Origin: an uncultured Thermodesulfobacteriota bacterium
Lineage (GTDB): Bacteria > Desulfobacterota > GWC2-55-46 > JADFVP01
Assembly: GCA_964510775.1 (NCBI GenBank)
Contig: CAZEBZ010000004.1
Span: forward strand, 1 to 60,615
Direction: 5' to 3'
DNA: 60,615 bases
The notes under the pieces were generated by a model, which made no database searches, had not been told where the DNA came from, and was given only the letters and a program-made list of their open reading frames with translations. Positions 47,839 through 56,860 of the stretch are shown here, one piece after another (position 1 is the stretch's first letter; each line of letters begins with the position of its first letter). The position numbers were made by a program, and so were the translations under genes.

Positions 47839-50379
47839 TTAGAAGGCCGTCACATCGAAGGTGAAGTGGTCTTCGCTTACAAGTACGGGGTTCACTGGAA
47901 ACTCATAGGCCCCTATAAAGGCGTTCAGGGTGTATTTACCAAGTGGCACACCAACTGGTACGTTCAGGTTAAGTTGCTTAACCATTGCGGCTTTGCTATT
48001 GAGGCATAGCCGTATGGGCCCCTTTAGCTCTCCCGTTGCAGGAAATTGCCTACCGCCCGGAAGGGTCACGTTCTCCCAGTACTGAAAGCATTGCCTCTTG
48101 TTCGTTGTATTGGTGATGGTTATGGTGTAACCAAGGGCAGAGCCTTTTATTACCTTAGAGGCATCTGGAGCTGTGAAGAGGGTGAGCACAGGAGGCCGTG
48201 AGTGGTCTATCTTCGTAATAAAGGCATCTTTTGTAAAGACAGTGCCCTTTTTATTAGCCTGTTTAGCTGACTTTAAGGGAAAATCCAATGATCTCGTCCA
48301 ACCCGTTACATAGGTGTTTCCAAGAGTGTCTACGGCTATTCCTGTTCCGTATTCCTGGTTACTGCCGCCAAGGTATGAGGAGTACTTGAAGGCCGTACCT
48401 GATGCATTTACCATGGTTACAAAGGCATCGGCATTGCCGCCGCCATATACGCCTTGAAAGGTGTTGACAAGGGTAAAGTCTGTTGACCAGGTATAGCCTG
48501 TTATATAGGCATTACCAGAGGCGTCTACTGCTATTGCGAGGCTGTTATCTACGGAACTGCCTCCCAGGTATGTGGAGTAAATAAGGTTCGTACCTGCGGG
48601 GTTAACCTTACTGATGAAAACGTCGTCGTAGCCTGATCCGTTATATCCTTGTATGGGTGAGACAACGGGAAAATCTCTTGACGATGTTGATCCTGTCACA
48701 TAGGCTGCCCCTCTCGAATCCACAGCTATTGCCTCACCAAAATCTACTGAAGTGCCACCGAGATATGTGGAGTATACAAGAGCAGAACCCGCGGGGTTTA
48801 TCTTTGTGATAAATGCGTTCCATGTCCCGTTGCTTAGCTGTAGAGGTGTTGCCGTAGGAAAATCAGATGAAGATGTTTTGCCAGTTACATAAGCGGCTCC
48901 TGAGGCGTCAACAGCGATGCCTGTACTTACATCATATGAGCTTCCTCCAAGGTATGTGGAGTATACAAGTGCCGAGCCTGCCGCGTTGATCTTTGATACA
49001 AAGGCGTCAGTTGGGTAGGGACCTCCGGGAGGCAGGGAGCCCGGTATTGGGTTCTTGAGTGGAAAATCCGTTGAACTTGCCTCACCTGTAACATAGGCGG
49101 CGCCTGAGGCGTCTATTGCAATGTCCACGCCCCTGTCAGTATAATTTCCGCCAAGGTATGTGGAGTATACTATAGCCGAGCCCGCGGCGTTTATCTTTGC
49201 AATAAATACATCTGCACCAATGCCCTTTGTAGGTTGTATTGGTGATACAAGAGGAAAATTAGAAGATGAGGTCTCTCCCGTTATATATACATTCTCTGAT
49301 GCATCAACGGCTATGGCATTACCGTAATCTCCTAACGTTCCTCCAAGGTATGTGGAGTAGACAAGGGCTGTGCCTGAGGCGTTTAACTTGGTAATAAATA
49401 CATCTGATGTCGAGCTGCGTATGGTTCCCTGTATAGGCGTTTTTTTGGGAAAATCAATAGAGGAGGTATTACCTACAATATATATATTGCCTGTCGCGTC
49501 AACAGTTATGTCTCCGCCGGAGTCATCTTTATTGCCTCCAAGGTATGTGGAGTAAACAATAACAGGGTCGATTACGAGGTCTCTTGTGCCGTCAAAAGAG
49601 GCAACTTTGTAGGAGTATGAATTGTTACTTAATATCATGTAACTACCGTCTATAAAAAGCTTCTTCCCATTAACTACTTGATAGACGATGGGACGCTTCT
49701 CCGTTATCTTACCGCTGCTGAGGCTAACCTCAAGATCGCCCCTTTTATTTAGTTTAAGTTCCTGCGCGCCATCATAGGCGAACTTCACCTCTCTATAATC
49801 TCCGCCAGGGTGCACGATAATGTCATGCTCGATATTGGAGTTAGTACCGTAGAATTTTACGTCGATATTTTTATAGACGTTATTATATGTAACCTCGCCG
49901 TAGGTTGGGATGTTGCTCTGCCACTTAGTCTTATCATTACCTCTAAAGTAGTTTACGCGGCCCGTGAGCTCTGCGCTTGAGGTTATCTCTGCATTTTTAT
50001 CAGCTCCAACAAAGGAGAGCCTTACTGCCTCTGTAGAGGCCTTTTCAGGTCTTAGCTTCTTAAGTGTCTTAATCCCTTCTGGAGTAAGGGGTCTTTTATT
50101 GATCTTTGTAAGTGCGATGACTACTCCGTCAGCTGTAAAAAAAGTCGCATGTCCTGTGCCTCTCTCATAGAAGCTTACTTCCTTATCCATCTGCCCGTTA
50201 TTCTGTATAAAACAAAGGGGCAATCTGCCGTAGGACTTAATGGCAGAGGCTTTTTGTCTCTTTAGCAGTGGGCTCTCTGAAGAATTCTTTTCAGTAGTTG
50301 TTCCCGGGTTATGAGCGGCAAGTGAGGTGAAGGGCAAAAAGACAAGAATGTGCAGAAGTGCGGCGATGACAAGTCTCAT
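47839..50379 (-). CDS. Secreted SBBP (beta-propeller repeat) protein with a C-terminal Ig-like domain
   Basis: 846 aa with a signal peptide. Seven YS(T/S)YLGG...IAVD..G..Y(V/I)TG.T.S.DFP units. Confidence 0.8.
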   Translation of the reverse strand: MRLVIAALLHILVFLPFTSLAAHNPGTTTEKNSSESPLLKRQKASAIKSYGRLPLCFIQNNGQMDKEVSFYERGTGHATFFTADGVVIALTKINKRPLTPEGIKTLKKLRPEKASTEAVRLSFVGADKNAEITSSAELTGRVNYFRGNDKTKWQSNIPTYGEVTYNNVYKNIDVKFYGTNSNIEHDIIVHPGGDYREVKFAYDGAQELKLNKRGDLEVSLSSGKITEKRPIVYQVVNGKKLFIDGSYMILSNNSYSYKVASFDGTRDLVIDPVIVYSTYLGGNKDDSGGDITVDATGNIYIVGNTSSIDFPKKTPIQGTIRSSTSDVFITKLNASGTALVYSTYLGGTLGDYGNAIAVDASENVYITGETSSSNFPLVSPIQPTKGIGADVFIAKINAAGSAIVYSTYLGGNYTDRGVDIAIDASGAAYVTGEASSTDFPLKNPIPGSLPPGGPYPTDAFVSKINAAGSALVYSTYLGGSSYDVSTGIAVDASGAAYVTGKTSSSDFPTATPLQLSNGTWNAFITKINPAGSALVYSTYLGGTSVDFGEAIAVDSRGAAYVTGSTSSRDFPVVSPIQGYNGSGYDDVFISKVNPAGTNLIYSTYLGGSSVDNSLAIAVDASGNAYITGYTWSTDFTLVNTFQGVYGGGNADAFVTMVNASGTAFKYSSYLGGSNQEYGTGIAVDTLGNTYVTGWTRSLDFPLKSAKQANKKGTVFTKDAFITKIDHSRPPVLTLFTAPDASKVIKGSALGYTITITNTTNKRQCFQYWENVTLPGGRQFPATGELKGPIRLCLNSKAAMVKQLNLNVPVGVPLGKYTLNAFIGAYEFPVNPVLVSEDHFTFDVTAF

Positions 50380-50551
50380 GGTGGAGTTCTCCTACAGGAA
50401 GGTTTTGTTAATGGATTGTTCTTGAAAAAAGTGGGTTGTGATGTAAGGAATTGAACTAAAGATTGATTGGAAGCCTCTCTACTTAACTGAAACTTAATTT
50501 TTTATACCATAAGTGATTTTTTGTGTCAAGTCTTTATATAATCATTATCTT

Positions 50552-50600
50552 AACAAAACAAAAGAGGAGGCCTCGGCTCAAAATGGGCCGCTGCCTCCTC
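50552..50600 (-). terminator. Rho-independent terminator after the M16 peptidase gene
   Basis: Minus strand: GAGGAGGC...GCCTCCTC 8-bp outer stem with an inner CGGC/GCCG stem (50564-50600), followed by TTTTGTTTTGTT. Confidence 0.55.
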
Positions 50601-50624
50601 AGTTGGTAATAGGAAGTGTATCCC

Positions 50625-53303
50625 TTATTTGTTCTTCTTTACTGCTGCTCTTGCTTTTTTAGGTCCCACTACTGAGATGGTATAGGTGTCAAGATTGAGG
50701 TACTTTTTTGCTACCCTTAATACGTCTTCTCTTGAGACTGCCTGAATCAGTTTTGGGTATTTTTTGCTAAAAGTATAACCAAGTCCAAAGAGCTCGTTAT
50801 TGGCCATGTCCGCTGCCTGACTCGCAGAGGTCTGAAGCCCTATCTCGTAGCTTCCTGTTATGTAGTTGCGGGCCCGTTCGAGTTCTTTTTTTGTAACCAA
50901 CTCGCTCTGAATAGACTTTAGCTCACTTAGCAAACCTCTTAATGCGTCGTCTTTTTTCTCAGGGGCCGAGGCTATATAGAGTGCGAAAAATCCCGGGTCA
51001 ATACCGTTGCGTAAAAAGGCGCTTACGGAGTAAGCGAGGCTTTTTTTGTCTCTCAGGTTTATAAAGAGGCGTCCGCCCTGGCCTGAGAGTATCTCTGAGA
51101 GTACGCTTAGGGCGTAGCTGTCTTTGCTGCCTATTGTAGTCGCCATAAAACCGAGGCCAATGTTTGTCTGTGCCTTCTTGCGTACCGCGCCGGTGCGTCT
51201 TACCTTAACGGGCCACTGCGGCTTTTTGGGTGATGTGATACCAGGTGAGGTTCGTTTAAATGAGGCAAATACCTTGCGTGCTTTTGCCGCGGCGTAATCA
51301 ACGTCAACATCGCCTGCAATGACGAGTACCATTCTTTTTGGGACAAAGAACTTCTTATAATGTTTTACAAGGTCTGCTTTTGTAAGGGCCTTAATTGTCT
51401 CAGTGCTGCCTATTACGGGCATTCCGTATGGATGGCCGTTATAAAGCTTTTTCAAGAATAGCTTGAATGTGTATGAGGGGATGTTGTCTTTCTTTTTTTC
51501 TATTGCGGCAAGAATGTCTTTGCGGAGCCTCGTAATCTCTTTATCAGGGAAGGTCGCGTTCATTGTGACATCAGCAAAGAGTTTTAGCCCCTTGTCAAAG
51601 TCAGCTGAGAGAAAATCAGCGCTAACTCCTGATGAGTTACGTGCTGAGAATCCATTTATGGATCCTGCCATACCCTCTACTTCTCTTGCAAGCTCTTCTC
51701 TTGTATAGGAGCTTGTGCCGCGCGTGAGCATGGAGGCGGTAAAGTTGCCAACGCCGTTATTAGTATTATCCTCTGCCATTAGCCCGCCTGGAAAAGTGGC
51801 GTAGAAGGAGACAAGGGGGTTGGTTGAAATATTTTTTACGATTAGTGTGATGCCGTTCTCAAGTGTTATCTTCTTTGCTTTTGGGGATTTTTTTATTTTT
51901 TTTACGGCTCTCTCAGCATCTTCGAAGGCTTCTTGTACAGACTCTTTAATAGAGATCTCTGTGAGGCCTGCGCCTTCTTTCTCAGGTTTAACAAGGGCTA
52001 TGGTAATGTTATCCGCTGATAAATACTTAGAGACTACGTCTTTTATATTGCCGCCTGAGAGGGCCTTGATGGCGGAGAGGTATTTTTCGCTGTAGGTATA
52101 GTCTCCCGCCGTAGTCTCGTTGTATCCAAGGTCGCGGGCGCGTCCCTCCATGGTCTGAAGCGAGTATATGAAAGATGCCCCGATATTTACCTTGGCCCGT
52201 TCCAACTCCTCGGAGTCGGGGCCCTCGTAGCCCAGTTTTTTTATCTCAAGAATAATACGCTTAAGCGCCTTATTTACGTTCTTGGACTCAAGGCCCGCGG
52301 TGATAAAGAATAGACCGGGTTCTTTTAGGCTCATGGAGTAGGCAGAGATGTAATGTACAAGGTGCGTGTCTATCTTGAGGGCCTTGTAAAGCCTTGAGCT
52401 TACGCCTCCTGAGAGTATAGTAGAGGCTGCGTCAATGGCGTAGTTGTCTGTGTTTTTAAGCTCCGGTATGTGAAAGGCAATACCGAGATAGGTCTCGTTG
52501 ATGTCCTGATTTGTTACGGAGACGCGAACGCCTTGCTGCGCAGGCTCGGTATCTCTCTTGCGCCGCTTAACGGCTCCGCGCTTAAAGTCCTTAAATACCT
52601 CTGCGGCCTCTCTTACAACACGTTCTGCCGAGACATCGCCAGCTACTACAAGGGTCATGTTTTCAGGTCTGTAATATGACTTAAAGACATCTACGATATA
52701 TTTTCTTGTGAACTTTGCCACGACCTCGCTTTTTCCAATGACAGGCCTGCCGTAGGGGTGTGCCTTATAGGCCTTGGCAAATATATTCTTATATAAAGTC
52801 CTCATGGGGCTGTCCTCGTTCATATTAATCTCTTCAAGGACAACCTTTAGCTCTTTATCAAGCTCCGCAGGGTCAAAGGCGGAGTTCTGTACGGCATCGC
52901 TCAGTAGATCAAGGCCTGTACTAAAGTGACTGCTCGGTACTACTATATGATAGACGGTATTGTCAAATGATGTGTAGGCGTTAATATTACCGCCAAGTGA
53001 CTCTACAAGGCTCGCCATTTCTCCTACCTGGCGCCGTGTTGTGCCCTTAAAGAGCATGTGCTCAAATACATGGGAGATGCCTCCACGCTTTGGGTCTTCA
53101 TCTGCGCTGCCAACTCGTACCCATACCTGAAGGGCCGCTACAGGCGCTGTGTGCGTCTCCTGCACAAGGACTGTCATGCCGTTTGGCAGCACCTTTCTAA
53201 GGGTCTTTACCTCGCCGTATGACTTTGGAAGGGGTAGAATAAGGCACGTTACGATTAGTACGGCAAGGGATATTATTGTAAAGTTAATTCTTTTACGCAT
53301 CAT
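50625..53303 (-). CDS. M16-family (pitrilysin-like) zinc peptidase, double-length fused form
   Basis: 892 aa with a signal peptide. HxxEH zinc motif HVFEHMLFKG in the first half. The second half repeats the M16 fold without the motif. Confidence 0.85.
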   Translation of the reverse strand: MMRKRINFTIISLAVLIVTCLILPLPKSYGEVKTLRKVLPNGMTVLVQETHTAPVAALQVWVRVGSADEDPKRGGISHVFEHMLFKGTTRRQVGEMASLVESLGGNINAYTSFDNTVYHIVVPSSHFSTGLDLLSDAVQNSAFDPAELDKELKVVLEEINMNEDSPMRTLYKNIFAKAYKAHPYGRPVIGKSEVVAKFTRKYIVDVFKSYYRPENMTLVVAGDVSAERVVREAAEVFKDFKRGAVKRRKRDTEPAQQGVRVSVTNQDINETYLGIAFHIPELKNTDNYAIDAASTILSGGVSSRLYKALKIDTHLVHYISAYSMSLKEPGLFFITAGLESKNVNKALKRIILEIKKLGYEGPDSEELERAKVNIGASFIYSLQTMEGRARDLGYNETTAGDYTYSEKYLSAIKALSGGNIKDVVSKYLSADNITIALVKPEKEGAGLTEISIKESVQEAFEDAERAVKKIKKSPKAKKITLENGITLIVKNISTNPLVSFYATFPGGLMAEDNTNNGVGNFTASMLTRGTSSYTREELAREVEGMAGSINGFSARNSSGVSADFLSADFDKGLKLFADVTMNATFPDKEITRLRKDILAAIEKKKDNIPSYTFKLFLKKLYNGHPYGMPVIGSTETIKALTKADLVKHYKKFFVPKRMVLVIAGDVDVDYAAAKARKVFASFKRTSPGITSPKKPQWPVKVRRTGAVRKKAQTNIGLGFMATTIGSKDSYALSVLSEILSGQGGRLFINLRDKKSLAYSVSAFLRNGIDPGFFALYIASAPEKKDDALRGLLSELKSIQSELVTKKELERARNYITGSYEIGLQTSASQAADMANNELFGLGYTFSKKYPKLIQAVSREDVLRVAKKYLNLDTYTISVVGPKKARAAVKKNK

Positions 53304-53489
53304 AAGGGTTGTCTCCTCTTTTTGATTATATTTAAGTAATATAGATTAAACCCTAAGCCTAATTATTTCAAGTGGATTAGTGTACTTTTATGAGCCTCTT
53401 AATCCGCGACCTTGACAGTTATGCTAATGATGATAGGCTATATTATCAGTAAGTTAATCTTAAACTATGTATCTTTAAGAGGAGGGCTT

Positions 53490-53822
53490 ATGGAGGCAGA
53501 GAGGATTACCGTAGAGGAATTAAAGAAAAAGATGGATAGTGGTGAAGAGGTGGCAGTACTTGATATACGAAGTAAATTTGATTATATGAAGAGCGATGTA
53601 AGGATACCGGGCTCCATTCGCGTACATGTCAATACTCTTCTGCAGAGGCTTGGCGAGCTAAACCCCGCTATTCTCACCGTAGCCTACTGCACGTGAACAG
53701 ATGAACACTCAAGCGCCCGTGTGGCGTCGATTCTAAGTGAGAATGGATTTAAATATACAGCGGCCCTGAAAGGGGGCTTTACAGATTGGCTAAATGCGGG
53801 CTATCCTGTTGAGGATAAGTAG
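53490..53822 (+). CDS. Single-domain rhodanese sulfurtransferase with in-frame UGA (candidate selenocysteine) at the catalytic position
   Basis: AGGAGG 4 nt upstream of ATG 53490. TGA at 53694-53696, with the frame open to TAG 53820-53822. The joined 110-aa product is a complete rhodanese domain (...LTVAYCT-U-TDEHSSARVASILSENGF...LKGGFTDWLNAGYPV). Confidence 0.6.
53703..53733 (+). promoter_or_regulatory. Candidate bacterial SECIS hairpin
   Basis: Pairs GAA(53703-05)/UUC(53731-33), UC(53709-10)/GA(53729-30) and GCGCC(53713-17)/GGCGU(53723-27), with apical loop CGUGU. The loop starts ~21 nt after the UGA. Folded by eye only. Confidence 0.4.
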
Positions 53823-53909
53823 GCTAAGCGTCTGTATTTTTATAGTGCTATAAAGTGTATCTATATCAAACTGTTATGTAAGTATATTGATATTTACTAT
53901 GATGTAATT

Positions 53910-55331
53910 TTACCCCTTCTTTCTCTCCCTTGAGGGCGCCGTAACCCTCTTTGGACTTAGCATCTTCTTCCATGTCTTCTCGTCCATAAGGCCTCTCTTT
54001 ATAACTATTTCTCGAACGCTCTCTCCCGTGCGCTCAGACTCTTTTGCAACATCTGCGGCGGCCTCGTAGCCTATCAGGGGGTTGAGTATCGTAGCGAGCC
54101 CTACGGAGGAGTTGAAGTTGGCGATGTTTTTTTCCGCCACCGCCGCGATGTCCTTTATACACCGCGTTGTAAAAGTATTAATACTCGATCTTAGTATTTT
54201 CATGGACTGAAGGATATTATAGTTAATTACAGGGCCCATGACATTTAGCTCGAACTGGCCTGCCTGAGCCGCCATTGTTACGGTAGTATCATTGCCTATA
54301 ACCTGAAAGCAGACCATGTTTAGCATCTCCGCCATAACGGGGTTGACCTTACCTGGCATAATAGACGAGCCCGGTTGAACAGGCGGCAGCTTTATTTCAC
54401 CAATACCCGTTCTTGGCCCTGAGCTTAAGAGGCGAAGATCATTAGCGATTTTTATAAGGCCTATGGCAAGGTCTTTAAGGCTTCCTGAAAAAGCGGAAAA
54501 ATCTCCCATGCTCGATAAGGCCTCAAAAGCCTCGCCTCCCGTAGTCTTTTTTAGCCCCTTTATGCCCGTGATTTTTGATAACTCGCGAAGTACCCTTGTC
54601 CTGTAAGAGGTGTGAGAATTAAGCCCCGTGCCAACGGCAGTGCCTCCGAGGCCTATTCTTTTAAGCCCCTCTGCGGCCTCTTCTATCCTCTTAAGAGAAC
54701 TTCTTACAATAGCGGCGTAGGCGGAGAACTCGCTCCCAAGCGTTACGGGAACGGCGTCCTGAAGGTGCGTCCTGCCGGATTTTATTACGACCTCAAACTC
54801 AGTTGCTTTGGACTCAAGAGCTGCGATAAGGGCTTTTATGGCCTCTGTAAGGGGAGGGAGAGAGAGCAGCGCCGCGATACGCATAAAAGTAGGGAAGGTA
54901 TCGTTTGTGGACTGGCCCATATTCACATCGTCATTGGGGTGAATTAGCTCGTAACTACCCCTTGTACCCTTTAGTATTTCAATGGCCCTGTTTGCAATAA
55001 CCTCGTTGGCGTTCATGTTGTGAGAGGTGCCTGCTCCGGCCTGATAGACGTCAACTACGAACTCGTCGCGGAGTTTTCCGCTGATTATCTCTTCGGCGGC
55101 CCTCTTAATGACGCGCGCTTTTTTCGGAGCAAGCAGCCCTATTGAGGCATTAGCCTCAGCGGCGGCCTTTTTTACCATGGCCGTGGCTCTTATGAAGACA
55201 GGGTCTGCGGTAATGGAGCTTATTGGAAAGTTTTTAACTGCGCGAGCCGTCTGCGCCCCGTAGTAGGCTTTTTCAGGGACAAAGACGCTTCCAAGCGTAT
55301 CTACCTCAACTCTAAAACCTTTTTTTTTCAT
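53910..55331 (-). CDS. aspA: Aspartate ammonia-lyase (class II fumarase/aspartase superfamily)
   Basis: QPGSSIMPGKVNPVMAEM signature; the VNPVMAE variant is aspartase-like rather than the FumC VNPTQCE. Also QSTNDTFPT and RTHLQDAVP blocks. Confidence 0.75.
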   Translation of the reverse strand: MKKKGFRVEVDTLGSVFVPEKAYYGAQTARAVKNFPISSITADPVFIRATAMVKKAAAEANASIGLLAPKKARVIKRAAEEIISGKLRDEFVVDVYQAGAGTSHNMNANEVIANRAIEILKGTRGSYELIHPNDDVNMGQSTNDTFPTFMRIAALLSLPPLTEAIKALIAALESKATEFEVVIKSGRTHLQDAVPVTLGSEFSAYAAIVRSSLKRIEEAAEGLKRIGLGGTAVGTGLNSHTSYRTRVLRELSKITGIKGLKKTTGGEAFEALSSMGDFSAFSGSLKDLAIGLIKIANDLRLLSSGPRTGIGEIKLPPVQPGSSIMPGKVNPVMAEMLNMVCFQVIGNDTTVTMAAQAGQFELNVMGPVINYNILQSMKILRSSINTFTTRCIKDIAAVAEKNIANFNSSVGLATILNPLIGYEAAADVAKESERTGESVREIVIKRGLMDEKTWKKMLSPKRVTAPSRERKKG

Positions 55332-55341
55332 AAAAAACCCC

Positions 55342-55932
55342 TTAAGAGTCAGTTATTATACCTCGGTAGGGCCCAAGTGGCGCGCTTATATCAATATGAC
55401 CAGCAAGAGTAGTCTCTGTCTTGCCGTTAATGAGAATCTTTACGTATTTAATTTTTTTGTAATTAAGGGTTATGCTGTTGACAATGGCGTATATAGTCTG
55501 CATCTCCGCTGATGTACCTCCGGGGTGCTTATCACGTAACGCGGAGCTTATGCTGAGGTAGGCGGTATTGTTTTTTATCTCTACGTTTATAAGCCTTGAG
55601 CCCCGCGGAATAAGAGTGCCGGAGTCAGCCCAGAGGAGAATCTTCCAGGTCTCTTTAACCTCATCTCTTAAGGGGCCTTTTTTAATGCTTCGCTTTATGC
55701 CCTTAAGGGCCTCGCCATCTGCGATGTAGAGTTTTATGCCTCTTCTCGCTATAGTGCGGTGCTTTGTTGATTTTATTCCACTTACATCTTTGTGCCCAAA
55801 GTAATAGGAGAGAAAGACAGCACCAACAGCGATGCAGAAAAGGATAATAATAACCTTAAATAAACCGCTAAAGTGAGAGCCTCTCTTTCTACTTTTTTTC
55901 TTCTTTCTGACGCTTTTTCTTTTTTTTGCCAT
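55342..55932 (-). CDS. GerMN-domain membrane-anchored protein
   Basis: Basic N-terminus plus one TM. The C-terminal GerMN-like block is SAEMQTIYAIVNSITLNYKKIKYVKILINGKTETTLAGHIDISAPL. Confidence 0.55.
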   Translation of the reverse strand: MAKKRKSVRKKKKSRKRGSHFSGLFKVIIILFCIAVGAVFLSYYFGHKDVSGIKSTKHRTIARRGIKLYIADGEALKGIKRSIKKGPLRDEVKETWKILLWADSGTLIPRGSRLINVEIKNNTAYLSISSALRDKHPGGTSAEMQTIYAIVNSITLNYKKIKYVKILINGKTETTLAGHIDISAPLGPYRGIITDS

Positions 55933-55944
55933 TTTTGTATAATT

Positions 55945-56757
55945 TCAGCCTTTTTTAGATATATCGCTAAGCTCGGGAAGGGGCAGATGTTCACCAAAAA
56001 ATATTCTGCCAACAGCCCTGAAACGAGGGGGTGAGTCTGTTACGAAGAATTGATGCTTTTTTTCCAGTACAGCGTTATTACTCTTAAGTCCCTCTGACTC
56101 GAGGAGGGCTTTTACCCTTGCGGCCGTAGCCTCGGCAGAATCGATGAGGCTCACGCCCGCGCCCATAACAGATGAAATAACCTCTTTAAGAAGAGGGTAA
56201 TGCGTGCATCCAAGTACGAGTGTATCAATGGTCTCGTCCTTAAAGGCGCTTAAGTAGGACTCGGCGATAAGCCGTGTTGCCTCCTCACGTAAAAAACCCT
56301 CCTCAACAAGGGGCACAAATAGCGGGCAGGCCTTCTCGAATACGCGGGCCTCGCGGTTTAAGCCCTTAATGACCTCTTTATATGCGTGGCTCGTCATCGT
56401 GCCCTCAGTGCCTATTACGCCGATAGCCCCTCCGGAGCTTGCCTCAAGGGCCGCCGCCGCGCCGGGCTCAATTACGCCGATTACAGGTATGTTAAGAGAC
56501 TCTTGAAGTACGCAAAGGGCATAGGCGCTCGCCGTGTTGCAGGCCGCGATAATCAGCTTAACACCTTGGCTCATGAGAAAGCGGCTGTTCTCAAGAGAGT
56601 ACCTTATGACCGTCTCTCTTGATTTTGTGCCATAGGGTACGCGTGCCGTATCGCCGAGGTATACGGTGCTCTCATTTGGCAGCTGCCTGATGATTTCTTT
56701 TAATACAGTGAGGCCGCCTAAACCTGAGTCAAATATGCCGATAGGGCTATTATTCAT
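55945..56757 (-). CDS. murI: Glutamate racemase
   Basis: IGIFDSGLGGLTV, with AACNTAS and LGCTHYP catalytic-Cys motifs. Confidence 0.95.
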   Translation of the reverse strand: MNNSPIGIFDSGLGGLTVLKEIIRQLPNESTVYLGDTARVPYGTKSRETVIRYSLENSRFLMSQGVKLIIAACNTASAYALCVLQESLNIPVIGVIEPGAAAALEASSGGAIGVIGTEGTMTSHAYKEVIKGLNREARVFEKACPLFVPLVEEGFLREEATRLIAESYLSAFKDETIDTLVLGCTHYPLLKEVISSVMGAGVSLIDSAEATAARVKALLESEGLKSNNAVLEKKHQFFVTDSPPRFRAVGRIFFGEHLPLPELSDISKKG

Positions 56758-56860
56758 AAGTTCTCACTTTTTTTTACCATAAGGAATTTTTGTATTATAT
56801 AATACTTTCAAATAAAATAAAATCAGCATTTAAGCTTTAATGGATAAAAGAGAGATAGGC

